Source: Deltaproteobacteria bacterium (GTDB lineage: Bacteria > Desulfobacterota > Desulfarculia > JACQYL01). From it: DNA of 64,000 nt. Shown piece by piece: positions 10,486-20,096 of this stretch. The notes under the pieces are model-generated. The model searched no databases, had not been told where the DNA came from, and saw nothing but the letters and a program-made list of their open reading frames with translations. The stretch spans positions 21,447 through 85,446 of the forward strand of contig JACQYL010000053.1 of assembly GCA_016208165.1 (NCBI GenBank), read 5' to 3'. Both the position numbers and the translations under genes were made by a program. Every line of letters starts with the position of its first letter. Position 1 is the first letter of the stretch.

Positions 10486-11955
10486 ATGGCCTTCAAATCC
10501 CATTTTATCCGCAATCAATGGATCGAGGGTAAGGGAAACGATTTTGTGTCCACAGACCCCGCTACGGGCGAGACCGTTTGGCAAGGACGCATGGCAACAG
10601 AGGACGAAGTCCATCAGGCGGTCATGGCCGCCCGATCCGCTTACGAACACTGGGCGTCGGGCGATCTGTCGGCCCGAATCCGCGTTCTTGAAGCCTTTCG
10701 GGACAGGCTGGTCGAACATCGGCAAACCCTGGCTGAGACGATATCCATGGAGACCGGAAAACCGCTGTGGGAATCGCTGTTGGAAGTAGCCGCCATGGCG
10801 GCCAAGGTGGACATCTCCAGGGATGCCTACGAAGAGCGGCGGAGTCCCATTGTCCAGGAACGGGGGGGCGTCCAGACCGCAGTCCGTTTCAAACCCCACG
10901 GCGCATTCGGCGTCGTGGGTCCATTTAACATGCCGGGCCATCTGCCCAATGGTCATATTGTGCCCGCGCTTCTGGCCGGCAATACGGTGGTGTTCAAACC
11001 CAGCCGCAAGACGCCTGGGACGGCGCAAAAGACACTCGAACTTTGGGAAGCCTCCGGAATCCCGGCCGGCGTGATCAACCTCGTTCAGGGAGATCATTCC
11101 TCGGTTCATGCCATCGTCCGTCATCCCGACATACACGGCCTTGCGTTCACCGGCAGCTACGCAGCGGGAAAAGCGCTTCATCAGGCGTCCGCGGAACACC
11201 CGGAACGCATTCTCGCGCTCGAGATGGGCGGGAACAACCCCTTGGTGGTGCACGAAGTGTCCAATCCCATGGCGGCGGCGTACATGACTGTCCAATCCGC
11301 TTTTATCACTTCAGGCCAGCGCTGTAGTTGCGCCCGAAGACTGATAGTCACCTCGGGATCTCGCGGCGATGAGTTCGTAGACACTCTTCGAGGGATGATC
11401 CAACGGATCCGCGTTGGCCCGTGGACGGATCTACCGGAACCTTTCATGGGTCCCGTCATCTCCGCAGCCGCGGCAAAGGAGCTCTTGAAGGCGCAGGACG
11501 ACTTGGCCGAGCGGGGTGGGCGTCCTCTTGAAACCATGGGGCTCAAGAGCGATACCAGCGCTATGCTCACTCCCGGCCTGATGGACGTCACATCGGTCAA
11601 GGATCGCGCCGACACGGAAACCTTCGGACCATTTCTCCAACTGATCCGGGTTCCGGATTTCGATGCGGCCCTCGTGGAAGCGAATCGAACGGCCTACGGG
11701 CTTTCGGCGGGTATTCTGACGGATGAACCGGCGCTCTATAGACGCTTTTTCAACGAGGTCCGCGCCGGAGTGATTAACTGGAACCGGCCCATCACCGGCG
11801 CCAGTTCCTATCTGCCCTTCGGCGGAGTCGGCATCAGCGGCAACCACCGTCCGAGCGGCTATTACGCAGCGGACTATTGCGCCTATCCCGTCGCCTCTCT
11901 CGAGTCGTCTTCCCTTGCCCTTCCCGAGCAGCCGACGCCGGGGATTACCTTATGA
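10486..11955 (+). CDS. astD: N-succinylglutamate 5-semialdehyde dehydrogenase (aldehyde dehydrogenase family)
   Basis: Strong similarity to E. coli AstD ([79 protein letters not shown].ASLES). ATG at 10486 chosen ([15 protein letters not shown]). The ORF-finder TTG start at 10468 overlaps the astA stop. Confidence 0.9.
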   Translation: [489 protein letters not shown]

Positions 11956-13313
11956 CGCCCGGTGTGTTCGAAGTCAATTTCGACGGAATCGTGGGGCCAA
12001 CCCACAATTACGCCGGGTTATCGCACGGTAATCTGGCGTCGGAACGCCATAAATGGAACGTGTCCAATCCACGCGAGGCGTTTACCCAGGGGCTCCGTAA
12101 AATGAAGCTTCTGGCGGATATGGGATTGAAACAGGCCGTACTGCCCCCCCACGAAAGGCCGGACATAGAGACGCTGAGGCGACTGGGGTTTCACGGGACT
12201 GAGGCCGATATGATCGCCGAGGCGAAACGCAAGGACCCGGTTCTTTTGGCCTCCTGCTACAGCGCCTCGAGCATGTGGACCGCCAACGCGGCCACGGTTT
12301 CTCCTTCATCGGACACCTCCGATGGACGCGTACATTTCACTCCCGCCAATCTGGTAACCCAATTCCATCGCTCCCTGGAGACGGACGCCACCGCATTGGT
12401 GTTACGAAAGATTTTCTTCGACAATGCCGTGTTTGAGCACCATCCTCCCCTGCCGGCGACTCTACATTTCAGCGATGAAGGCGCCGCCAACCATACGCGC
12501 CTTTGCGATGCGCTTCATCATCCCGGCATCGAGATCTTTGTCTACGGGAAGGAAGCCTTCGATCCAACCTTGCAGGGGCCGGCGATTTACCCCGCCAGGC
12601 AGACATACGAGGCGTCCCTGGCCATATCTCGCCTTCATCTTCTGGACCCGAACGCTGTTTTTTTTCTTCGGCAAGGCCCTGCGCTCATTGACGCAGGCGT
12701 ATTCCATAACGACGTCATAGCCGTAGGGCATCGAGACACCCTTGTTTATCATGAGAGCGCCTTTTGCCGAGGCAGGAACACTCTCGAACAGATTCGATCC
12801 GTTTTTAACAAGCGATACGGACAAGACCTCCATTGCATCGAAGTGCCGTTGTCGGCGCTCTCCGTCGAAGAGGCCGTACAGACGTACCTGTTCAACAGCC
12901 AGTTGGTAACGCTGCCCAATGGTTTCCTGTGCCTGATCGCGCCTGTCGAGTGTCGGGAGAATCCCAAAACAGAGGCGATATTGAAAGAAGTGGTTCGTTC
13001 GGAGAATCCCATCGAGAGTATCCGATACGTCAACCTGCGCCAAAGCATGCGAAACGGAGGCGGTCCCGCCTGCCTCCGGCTCCGGGTTCCGCTAACCCTT
13101 GATGAAACTACCCGAGTCCATCAGGCCGTCTTCCTGACGGATGTGCTCTACAAAACACTGGAAGTCTGGGGCCAAACATATTATAGAGATACCCTGCACG
13201 CGGATGACCTGTCCGATCCAAAACTGGCGGAAGAAAGCCGCGCTGCATTGGACGCGTTGACGGAAATATTGAAACTGGGATCGATTTACCGCTTTCAGAG
13301 GGCGGGAGCCTGA
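11952..13313 (+). CDS. astB: N-succinylarginine dihydrolase
   Basis: MTPGVFEVNFDGIVGPTHNYAGLSHGNLAS...GVFHNDVIAV...MRNGGGPACLRLRV matches AstB along its entire length. The ATGA-type overlap with the astD stop suggests translational coupling. Confidence 0.9.
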   Translation: MTPGVFEVNFDGIVGPTHNYAGLSHGNLASERHKWNVSNPREAFTQGLRKMKLLADMGLKQAVLPPHERPDIETLRRLGFHGTEADMIAEAKRKDPVLLASCYSASSMWTANAATVSPSSDTSDGRVHFTPANLVTQFHRSLETDATALVLRKIFFDNAVFEHHPPLPATLHFSDEGAANHTRLCDALHHPGIEIFVYGKEAFDPTLQGPAIYPARQTYEASLAISRLHLLDPNAVFFLRQGPALIDAGVFHNDVIAVGHRDTLVYHESAFCRGRNTLEQIRSVFNKRYGQDLHCIEVPLSALSVEEAVQTYLFNSQLVTLPNGFLCLIAPVECRENPKTEAILKEVVRSENPIESIRYVNLRQSMRNGGGPACLRLRVPLTLDETTRVHQAVFLTDVLYKTLEVWGQTYYRDTLHADDLSDPKLAEESRAALDALTEILKLGSIYRFQRAGA

Positions 13314-13322
13314 AAGCAACCG

Positions 13323-13805
13323 ATGATAGTCCGTGTCCTGCGGCTACGAAAGCGAACGATACGGGGTAACGTCCTGGTGATGGATCGGAGGATGGGCTAC
13401 AACATGGATTCCAACGAAATCAACCGGTTGTTCAGTGAACAGAAACTCGCGGAACTCTTGCCGGCCAACATCGCGGACGACTTCTTCGAAGCGCTTTACG
13501 GAAGTTCCAATGACGGCGCCTATGACATCTCGCTTTCGTTTAGAGACGTTGACCCGGTGCGCAAGACGCTCGAGTTTGAGTTCGTTTTAAGGCAGCGTGC
13601 AGGAAAATGTCTGGGCTGCAGCCTGACCTTCGGCTTGCCGCAAGTGTTCTCGCGCCATCCGGTGATCAATGTCAAGGGGATCGTGGAAAGAATCGGCCGT
13701 TTGCTTGACGGCAAAGGAACATGCACCGATTGGACTCTAGGCAGGACGAAAATCGTTTCCGGCGATCTGCACATCATCCCATTAAGCATCAGCTATTCGG
13801 AGTAG
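13323..13805 (+). CDS. Hypothetical protein (no recognisable family; true start probably at an internal Met, e.g. 13392 or 13404)
   Basis: Only an open frame with coding-like composition downstream of astB. No motifs recognised. Confidence 0.3.
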   Translation: MIVRVLRLRKRTIRGNVLVMDRRMGYNMDSNEINRLFSEQKLAELLPANIADDFFEALYGSSNDGAYDISLSFRDVDPVRKTLEFEFVLRQRAGKCLGCSLTFGLPQVFSRHPVINVKGIVERIGRLLDGKGTCTDWTLGRTKIVSGDLHIIPLSISYSE

Positions 13806-14127
13806 AATTCCCTTCGACCATACAGGTTCCCGACCGTTCCATTTCGGATCACTCATCCTGTAGGGCTCTTGGGGCTGAAGCCGATGGGTGCGCGTCTCTT
13901 CTAATAGCCCTGTTCGTCCGCTCCTTCCACGCTCACCTGAAGCCTCAACCCGACCTGCTCCCGGCCGGATTCGGATGTCGCAAGGCTTGGGCAAGGTGTC
14001 TCACGATCACCGGATCTGCGGTACTCTGTTTTACTCCGGATTGACAACTGCGTCCCGGACATCTAGGTTAAAGACCGATGTTTGATGGGATATCGAATCG
14101 CCAAACCAACGATACGGAATCCAAGCC

Positions 14128-16095
14128 ATGAGTTCCACGCCGAGCAGCCCTCACCCATCCATGTCTTGTCACGCTCTTCTAACCGACATCAAATGGATTC
14201 GGGACCTAAACCTGGCTCTGGGTCGCGCTGTAACCCTTGAAGGGCTCCATGATGCGATCCTCACGGAAACGCTCGACCGGTTTAGGGCCCGTGTCGCCTT
14301 CCTGATCGAGTTTGACAATCGCAACGGCAAAACGCATCCCGTCCTGCGGAGCTTCGGAATCGAGACGAAAGGATTGGAACGCCTCAGAAGAATTCCCTGG
14401 GAAACCGCGTTGACGCGAAACGAACCCGTCATCGGACCGAGCGATCCCGAGTTTTCCAACCTTCATCACCTCCTGTCGGACATTGGAGGCGATCACCGAT
14501 GGATGGCGATTCCTCTTCTATCCAGCGAACGGAAGCTCGGATATCTCGTTCTAGGTACGAACCGTCATGCGCAACTCCTCGAGTCTGTCGATCGTGAAGT
14601 CGTCCGTCTCTTGAGTGTGGAGCTGGGGAGGTTTATTCAGCACTTTCGCGTGCACCGCGCACTGGACGATACGGAAAGGCGCTACCGAAGGATCTACGAA
14701 AACTCAAAAGATGTGTTTTACGAAACCACCAAAGAGGGTCGCTTTGTGGATGTAAATCAGTCGGGGGTCGATCTGTTCGGTTTCAGCAATAAGAGCGACG
14801 TACTAGCACTGGAATCCATCGCTTTTTTGTATCACGACGCAGCGGACCGTGTCCGATTTCAGGAAGCGATCGAACGCGACGGATACGTCAAGGATTATGA
14901 GGTGAAGTTCAAGACCAGAACCGGCCAGCCATTAGACGTGCTCATCACCTCGAACGTTCGAAGGGACCTGGAGGGGCGCATCCTTGGATATGAAGGCGTT
15001 ATTAAGAACATTACCGCGCGCAAGAGCCTCGAAACCAAGCTGGCTGAGTCGGAAGCCAAGTACCGTCTGATGGTCGAGAATTCGATTGACGGCATAGCCA
15101 TCTATGGGGAATGGCGTTTCCTTTATGTAAACCGGGCGTTCCTGTCCATGTTCGGGTACGAGGACGTGGAAGAAGTCAAGGGTATGGACATTCTCCAGAT
15201 CATTGCACCGGATTCCCAAGTCAGTTTCCTGGAACGGATCCATTGGGATCGGTCCATGAAAACAGGGCTTAAACTCTTTGAAGGTTATGGTTTGAAAAAG
15301 GATGGAATTGTTTTTGCCCTCGAGATGAGTGTTTTCCCCACCCAATTCGCGGGTCAGGACGTCCATCAGATTACCTTCCGCGATATCACCGAAAAGAAAG
15401 AGATGGAGGAGCAGCTCATACAGAGCGAGCGCCTTCGAGCCATGGGCAAGCTCGCCTTCGATATCGCCCACGAGATCAACAATCCACTGGGCGGCATCAT
15501 CACCTATTCGTATCTTGTGCTGGAATCTCAAACCCTGGACGATACCGACAGACGGAACATCGAAAAAGTGATCAAGTTGGCCAATCGCTGCAAAATCATC
15601 GTCAAAAGCCTTCTGGATTTTGCCCGGGACGACAATCAGGACCGGGAGCAGATGGATTTGAACGAAATCCTTCAGGAGACACTGATGTTGGTTGAAAACC
15701 ACCTGCTCCTGAGACACGTGGAGTTAAAGATCGATTTGGAATGGAATCTGCCGCTGGTTTCGGTGGCCCGCGGAAAAATGGAACAGGTTTTTCTGAATCT
15801 CATTATGAACGCAGCGGAGGCCATGGAAGGATCCGGAGTACTCGAGATTCGAACGAAGCTTTCCGAAAGCGGAGAATGGGTTCAGGTCATCTTTAAGGAC
15901 AACGGTCCGGGTGTGGAGGAGGAAAATCTTCGAAAGCTGTTTCAACCCTTCTTCACCACCAAGAAACGGGGTCGCGGGACCGGTCTGGGCCTTTCGGTCA
16001 GCCACGGCATCGTGAGCCAGCACGACGGACGAATTCTAGTGAGGACCAAGCCCGGCGAAGGCTGCGAGTTTACCATAGAATTACCGTGCTCTTAG
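14128..16095 (+). CDS. Sensor histidine kinase (GAF + PAS/PAC + HisKA + HATPase_c), soluble
   Basis: H-box FDIAHEINNPLGGI. N, G1 and G2 boxes (LIMNAAEAM, FKDNGPGV, GTGLGLS). The upstream half has GAF- and PAS-like repeats. Confidence 0.9.
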   Translation: MSSTPSSPHPSMSCHALLTDIKWIRDLNLALGRAVTLEGLHDAILTETLDRFRARVAFLIEFDNRNGKTHPVLRSFGIETKGLERLRRIPWETALTRNEPVIGPSDPEFSNLHHLLSDIGGDHRWMAIPLLSSERKLGYLVLGTNRHAQLLESVDREVVRLLSVELGRFIQHFRVHRALDDTERRYRRIYENSKDVFYETTKEGRFVDVNQSGVDLFGFSNKSDVLALESIAFLYHDAADRVRFQEAIERDGYVKDYEVKFKTRTGQPLDVLITSNVRRDLEGRILGYEGVIKNITARKSLETKLAESEAKYRLMVENSIDGIAIYGEWRFLYVNRAFLSMFGYEDVEEVKGMDILQIIAPDSQVSFLERIHWDRSMKTGLKLFEGYGLKKDGIVFALEMSVFPTQFAGQDVHQITFRDITEKKEMEEQLIQSERLRAMGKLAFDIAHEINNPLGGIITYSYLVLESQTLDDTDRRNIEKVIKLANRCKIIVKSLLDFARDDNQDREQMDLNEILQETLMLVENHLLLRHVELKIDLEWNLPLVSVARGKMEQVFLNLIMNAAEAMEGSGVLEIRTKLSESGEWVQVIFKDNGPGVEEENLRKLFQPFFTTKKRGRGTGLGLSVSHGIVSQHDGRILVRTKPGEGCEFTIELPCS

Positions 16096-16105
16096 CGTCG
16101 GATCT

Positions 16106-16140
16106 TGACATCCGCTCCGGCAACCTGTATTTGCTATCCA
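16106..16140 (+). promoter_or_regulatory. Candidate sigma70-type promoter (TTGACA-N17-TATTTG) upstream of the EF-G gene
   Basis: TTGACATCCGCTCCGGCAACCTGTATTTGCTAT read from the sequence. A GC-rich hairpin (GCGCCCCTTTCGGTGCGGCGC) follows in the leader. Confidence 0.3.
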
Positions 16141-16310
16141 GTTGCGCCCCTTTCGGTGCGGCGCCGGCTGTATTTGGGGTGCATGTGTTCAGATTCACTG
16201 CGTAATAAGGTGCACCTGCCTTGCCACATCCGTTGCTGCGAGCGACTATGAGCGCCGCAAGGGCGTTTCGGGCAACGGATCGGAAAACAAAAGCGTCAGC
16301 GACTTGGAAA

Positions 16311-18347
16311 ATGGCAAAACCAGGACTCTCAAGTATACGTAATATTGGAATAATGGCCCATATCGACGCCGGTAAGACGACTCTTACGGAACGGATACTC
16401 TATTATACCGGTCGTACTTACAAGATGGGCGAAGTGCACGACGGCACGGCCGTAATGGACTGGATGCCCCAGGAGCAGGAGCGGGGCATCACGATTACTT
16501 CGGCCGTGACGACCTGTCTGTGGAAATCCACCTCCATTAATATTATCGATACTCCGGGTCACGTGGATTTCACCATTGAGGTGGAACGCTCGTTGCGCGT
16601 TCTGGATGGGGCCATTGCCGTCTTTTGCGCCGTCGGAGGCGTCGAGCCTCAATCCGAGACCGTGTGGCATCAGGCGGACAAGTACAAAGTACCCAAGTTG
16701 GCTTTCATTAACAAGATGGATCGGGTTGGGGCCGATTTCTGGGACACCGTCCGGCAGATGCGTGAAAAGCTGGGCGCGAATGCGCTGTTACTCCAGATTC
16801 CCTGGGGATCCGAATCCAATTTCCGAGGAGTGATCGATCTGTTGGTCATGAAGGCCATCCGCTGGGAAGAATCCACCCTGGGCGCCGAATTCAATGACGT
16901 GGACATACCCGAGGATCTCGTGGACCAGGCTAAGGAATACCGGGAAAAGATCCTCGAATCCCTTGCCGAAGTAAACGACGAACTCATGGAACTTTACCTG
17001 GCCGAAGAGGAGATTCCCGAGAAAAGGCTCGTCGAGGCCATCCGTTCGGCGACGCTCGAGTTAAAACTCGTGCCCGTGTACTGCGGAACAGCCCTCAAGA
17101 ACAAGGGCGTACAGCCGCTTCTGGACGGAGTGGCTCATTTCCTGCCCAGTCCTCTGGACGCCAAACCTATTTCCGGAGAAAATCCCGAGACCGGCGAACG
17201 GGAAATACGCCGTCCCAACGAGCGGGATCCCCTTTGCGCCCTTTGCTTCAAGATCATGAATGAAGAGGGACGAAAGCTCTGTTACGTGCGTATCTATGCG
17301 GGACGATTGGAGACGGGAAGCGAGGTTTACAACGCCACCCGTGACAAGAAAGAGAAGATCGCGCGCATCCTTAGAATGCATTCCAACAAGCGGGAACGGA
17401 TTGACTCCGCCTCGACCGGGGACATCGTTGGCGTTATCGGACTGAAGAATACGTTCACGGGAGACACCCTGACACACCCCGACCACCCCATTCATCTGGA
17501 GCCTATAGGGTCCTACGAGCCGGTGATCAGTGTGGCTGTGGAACCCAGGAGCACGGCGGATCAGGAGCGCATCGACGCTTCCCTGGCCAAGCTTGCCGAA
17601 GAGGATCCGACCTTCCGGGTCAAAACGGACGAGGAGACGGGTCAGACGTTGATTTCCGGCATGGGAGAACTCCATTTGGAAATCCTCGTTCATCGCCTGA
17701 AACGTGAGTTCGGCGTGGAAGCCAACGTGGGCAAACCACAGGTCGTTTATCGCGAAACCATCACGAAAAGCGTCGAACACGAAGATACGTTCCAGCGTGA
17801 ATTGAGCGGCCAGCAGCATTATGCCGCCGTCCGGGTACTCGTAGAGCCTCTGGCGCGCGGTGAAGGCGTCCGGGTCGAGCATCGCCTGGATCCCGGGATC
17901 GTGCCCCAGGAGTGGATAAACGCGGCTCTTTCCGGCGCAAGAGAGGCTTTTGCCAGCGGTCCCATCATGGGATATCCTGTGTTGGACGTTGCGGCTACAA
18001 TACTGTCCGGTTCGTTTCGCGAAGGGCAGACTTCCCCCCTGGCGATCCAGGTGGCTTCCGGAATGGCCGTAAGAGAGGCCTGTGCGGCCGCCTCTCCGGT
18101 GCTGCTCGAACCGATCATGAAAGTGGAGGTGCTGGTGCCCGAGGAATTCATGGGTGACGTTATCGGCAATCTGAATTCCAGAAAAGGCAAGGTGCTCAAG
18201 ATTACCCCAAAACCCGGAACCAACGTCGTGGTGGCGGAGGCTCCTCTGTCACGCATGTTCGGATACTCGACCGACTTGCGTTCTTCCAGTCAGGGCCGCG
18301 CCACTTTCACCATGCATTTCCTGCGATACGACGTACGCGTCCAATAA
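16311..18347 (+). CDS. fusA: Elongation factor G paralog (stand-alone, EF-G2-like)
   Basis: G1 motif [22 protein letters not shown] and NKMD motifs. Full five-domain length. ATG at 16311 ([24 protein letters not shown]) preferred over the upstream ORF-finder start. Not located in an rpsL-rpsG-fusA-tuf context. Confidence 0.9.
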   Translation: MAKPGLSSIRNIGIMAHIDAGKTTLTERILYYTGRTYKMGEVHDGTAVMDWMPQEQERGITITSAVTTCLWKSTSINIIDTPGHVDFTIEVERSLRVLDGAIAVFCAVGGVEPQSETVWHQADKYKVPKLAFINKMDRVGADFWDTVRQMREKLGANALLLQIPWGSESNFRGVIDLLVMKAIRWEESTLGAEFNDVDIPEDLVDQAKEYREKILESLAEVNDELMELYLAEEEIPEKRLVEAIRSATLELKLVPVYCGTALKNKGVQPLLDGVAHFLPSPLDAKPISGENPETGEREIRRPNERDPLCALCFKIMNEEGRKLCYVRIYAGRLETGSEVYNATRDKKEKIARILRMHSNKRERIDSASTGDIVGVIGLKNTFTGDTLTHPDHPIHLEPIGSYEPVISVAVEPRSTADQERIDASLAKLAEEDPTFRVKTDEETGQTLISGMGELHLEILVHRLKREFGVEANVGKPQVVYRETITKSVEHEDTFQRELSGQQHYAAVRVLVEPLARGEGVRVEHRLDPGIVPQEWINAALSGAREAFASGPIMGYPVLDVAATILSGSFREGQTSPLAIQVASGMAVREACAAASPVLLEPIMKVEVLVPEEFMGDVIGNLNSRKGKVLKITPKPGTNVVVAEAPLSRMFGYSTDLRSSSQGRATFTMHFLRYDVRVQ

Positions 18348-18552
18348 TAAGAGAAACCATTCCCTTCCACCGTCCCCTTCGACGTCCGTTTCGAGAACCA
18401 CTTCATAAGATCCGGAAACCGGGGGGAATCCCACCGCTGTTTGGATAGCGTCCGAACGGGATCTCCGGAAAAAGGAATAGAACGGCGGTGTTCGGAAAGG
18501 TACGCCTCGAAGGACGTGAGGATGTCCGCTCGACCGGCGAAAGGAATCTTCG

Positions 18553-19143
18553 TTGCCCGAGAATACGCAGCAAGAACTTGCCGGCCTGCTTCATGTGGAT
18601 CCGAACGTCCGCTTGGCTTCGATAAAGGCGCTTCGAAACTCGGAGGAAGTCCAAACTGTGGAACCGATCATGAAGATCGCCGTACAGGACCCCGTGGCTT
18701 ACATTCGAAGCGAGGCTGTTGAAACGCTCGTTTCTTTGAACGACGGTCAGGTCGTCGGCGCCTTGGCCGCCATTCTCGAGAACGATGAAAAGGCGTACGT
18801 CAGGTGGAAAGCCGCTGAAGCACTCGGCAGAATTCGCAGCACGGAAGCGTCCGAACCGCTGCTCCGGGCGTTGTCCGACCCCGATCCGAACATCGTATGG
18901 AAGGCTGCGGAAGCACTGGGATACCGCCGTGAGACCCTTGCCGTAGATTCATTAATAGGTTTACTCTCGCATGCGGACATGTACGTCCGGGAAAAGGCGG
19001 CGGAAGCGTTGGGCCATATCGGCGACCATCGGGCCGTGGAACCGCTTCGGAGCGTGGTCGACGATCAAGAGACGGTATATTCGTTGGACCACCAGCGTTT
19101 CCGTCGGGCGGCGGCAGCGGCGATCGAGAGGCTTGGTGCGTGA
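18553..19143 (+). CDS. HEAT/PBS-lyase-type repeat protein
   Basis: Repeated about 30-aa units ending in ...A..AL...G (e.g. VRWKAAEALGRIRS, VWKAAEALGYRR, VREKAAEALGHIG). Confidence 0.7.
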   Translation: MPENTQQELAGLLHVDPNVRLASIKALRNSEEVQTVEPIMKIAVQDPVAYIRSEAVETLVSLNDGQVVGALAAILENDEKAYVRWKAAEALGRIRSTEASEPLLRALSDPDPNIVWKAAEALGYRRETLAVDSLIGLLSHADMYVREKAAEALGHIGDHRAVEPLRSVVDDQETVYSLDHQRFRRAAAAAIERLGA

Positions 19144-19380
19144 AAACCGGCTGCAATCCGGCTTGGCATCCACAGGAATCGCATCGACATACCGTTTGAG
19201 GGTCATCAACTAGTCTGGTATATTTGGAACACGGCAGGAATGCCGACCACAGCCCCGGGGTTAGGTCCTCGATGTCGCGGACATCCCCTAGGATCGGACG
19301 ACCTCGGCTGAATCAGCGTTTCCAGCCTTTCCCTGACCTGCTCATACGTTTATCTTGGCCAATAAGCGCCGGAGATCCCT

Positions 19381-19950
19381 ATGATCTACAATCCTGACGG
19401 GCAATTCGATGCAGTGATCCGACTTACGATGATTGTGGCGATCCTGGTGGTTGGGTGCAGCAGCTACCAAGATCTCGTGTACGGCACCCGTGGCTATACC
19501 ACTAGGCTCCCTCGAGAAGCGCCTGTCTACGTGGCCGTTCCGAAGGACGCGCCGATTTCTTATTCTTCCGGTAAGACGGGAGACACCGGAGGTACGTTTC
19601 CGCAGTCCGGACAGTCCACGGCCGAAGTCATTGTGGGCGCCTTTGCGAAACGCGCATCCAGAGTCCAGTTGGCCCCGGAAACGCAGTCGCTGGCCGACGC
19701 ATTGAAACAAGCGAAGACGGATGGATTCAAGGTTCTGGTCTGGCCGACCCTGATCCATTGGACGGACCGGTCCGAGCACCGCCGGGATCAGATCGTCGTA
19801 AAATTGGTGTTGTACGACACCGGTACGAGAAAGGCTCTCGACTCGGTCACGATCAGAGCCAAGAGTGTAAAATCCGCGCTAGCCTCTCCGAAGGAACTCC
19901 TTTCCGACCCGGTGAGCGATTACGTTGATTCGCTCTATTTCGGCACATAG
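19381..19950 (+). CDS. Putative lipoprotein
   Basis: Hydrophobic N-terminus ending in the lipobox LVVGC (IVAILVVGCSS). Confidence 0.45.
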   Translation: MIYNPDGQFDAVIRLTMIVAILVVGCSSYQDLVYGTRGYTTRLPREAPVYVAVPKDAPISYSSGKTGDTGGTFPQSGQSTAEVIVGAFAKRASRVQLAPETQSLADALKQAKTDGFKVLVWPTLIHWTDRSEHRRDQIVVKLVLYDTGTRKALDSVTIRAKSVKSALASPKELLSDPVSDYVDSLYFGT

Positions 19951-20004
19951 ATCCCTTTCTGCCTCAGAAGCGCCGCAATCCTATTGACGAGGTCTTAGGC
20001 GAGA

Positions 20005-20043
20005 CAAAAAAACCGGGAGAACCCGATTCAACAGGTTTTCCCG
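20005..20043 (-). terminator. Rho-independent terminator at the 3' end of the minus-strand cytochrome operon
   Basis: Plus strand reads AAAAAAA-CCGGGAGAAC-(12 nt loop)-GTTTTCCCGG. On the minus strand this is a 10-bp GC-rich stem followed by a U7 run, 54 nt downstream of the stop of the 11-heme cytochrome gene. Confidence 0.45.
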
Positions 20044-20096
20044 GTTCCGGATAATGGCATCATAAGTGTGTGTTGTTAAAAACCCTCCCGCTCCGC

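Noticed and set aside
10462-11295. 277-aa minus-strand ORF inside astD. Similar nested antisense ORFs lie inside the histidine kinase gene (14932-15717) and fusA (17061-17882)
   Set aside because: Overlapped completely by genes with strong homology-based support on the other strand. Their own translations are compositionally biased with no motifs.
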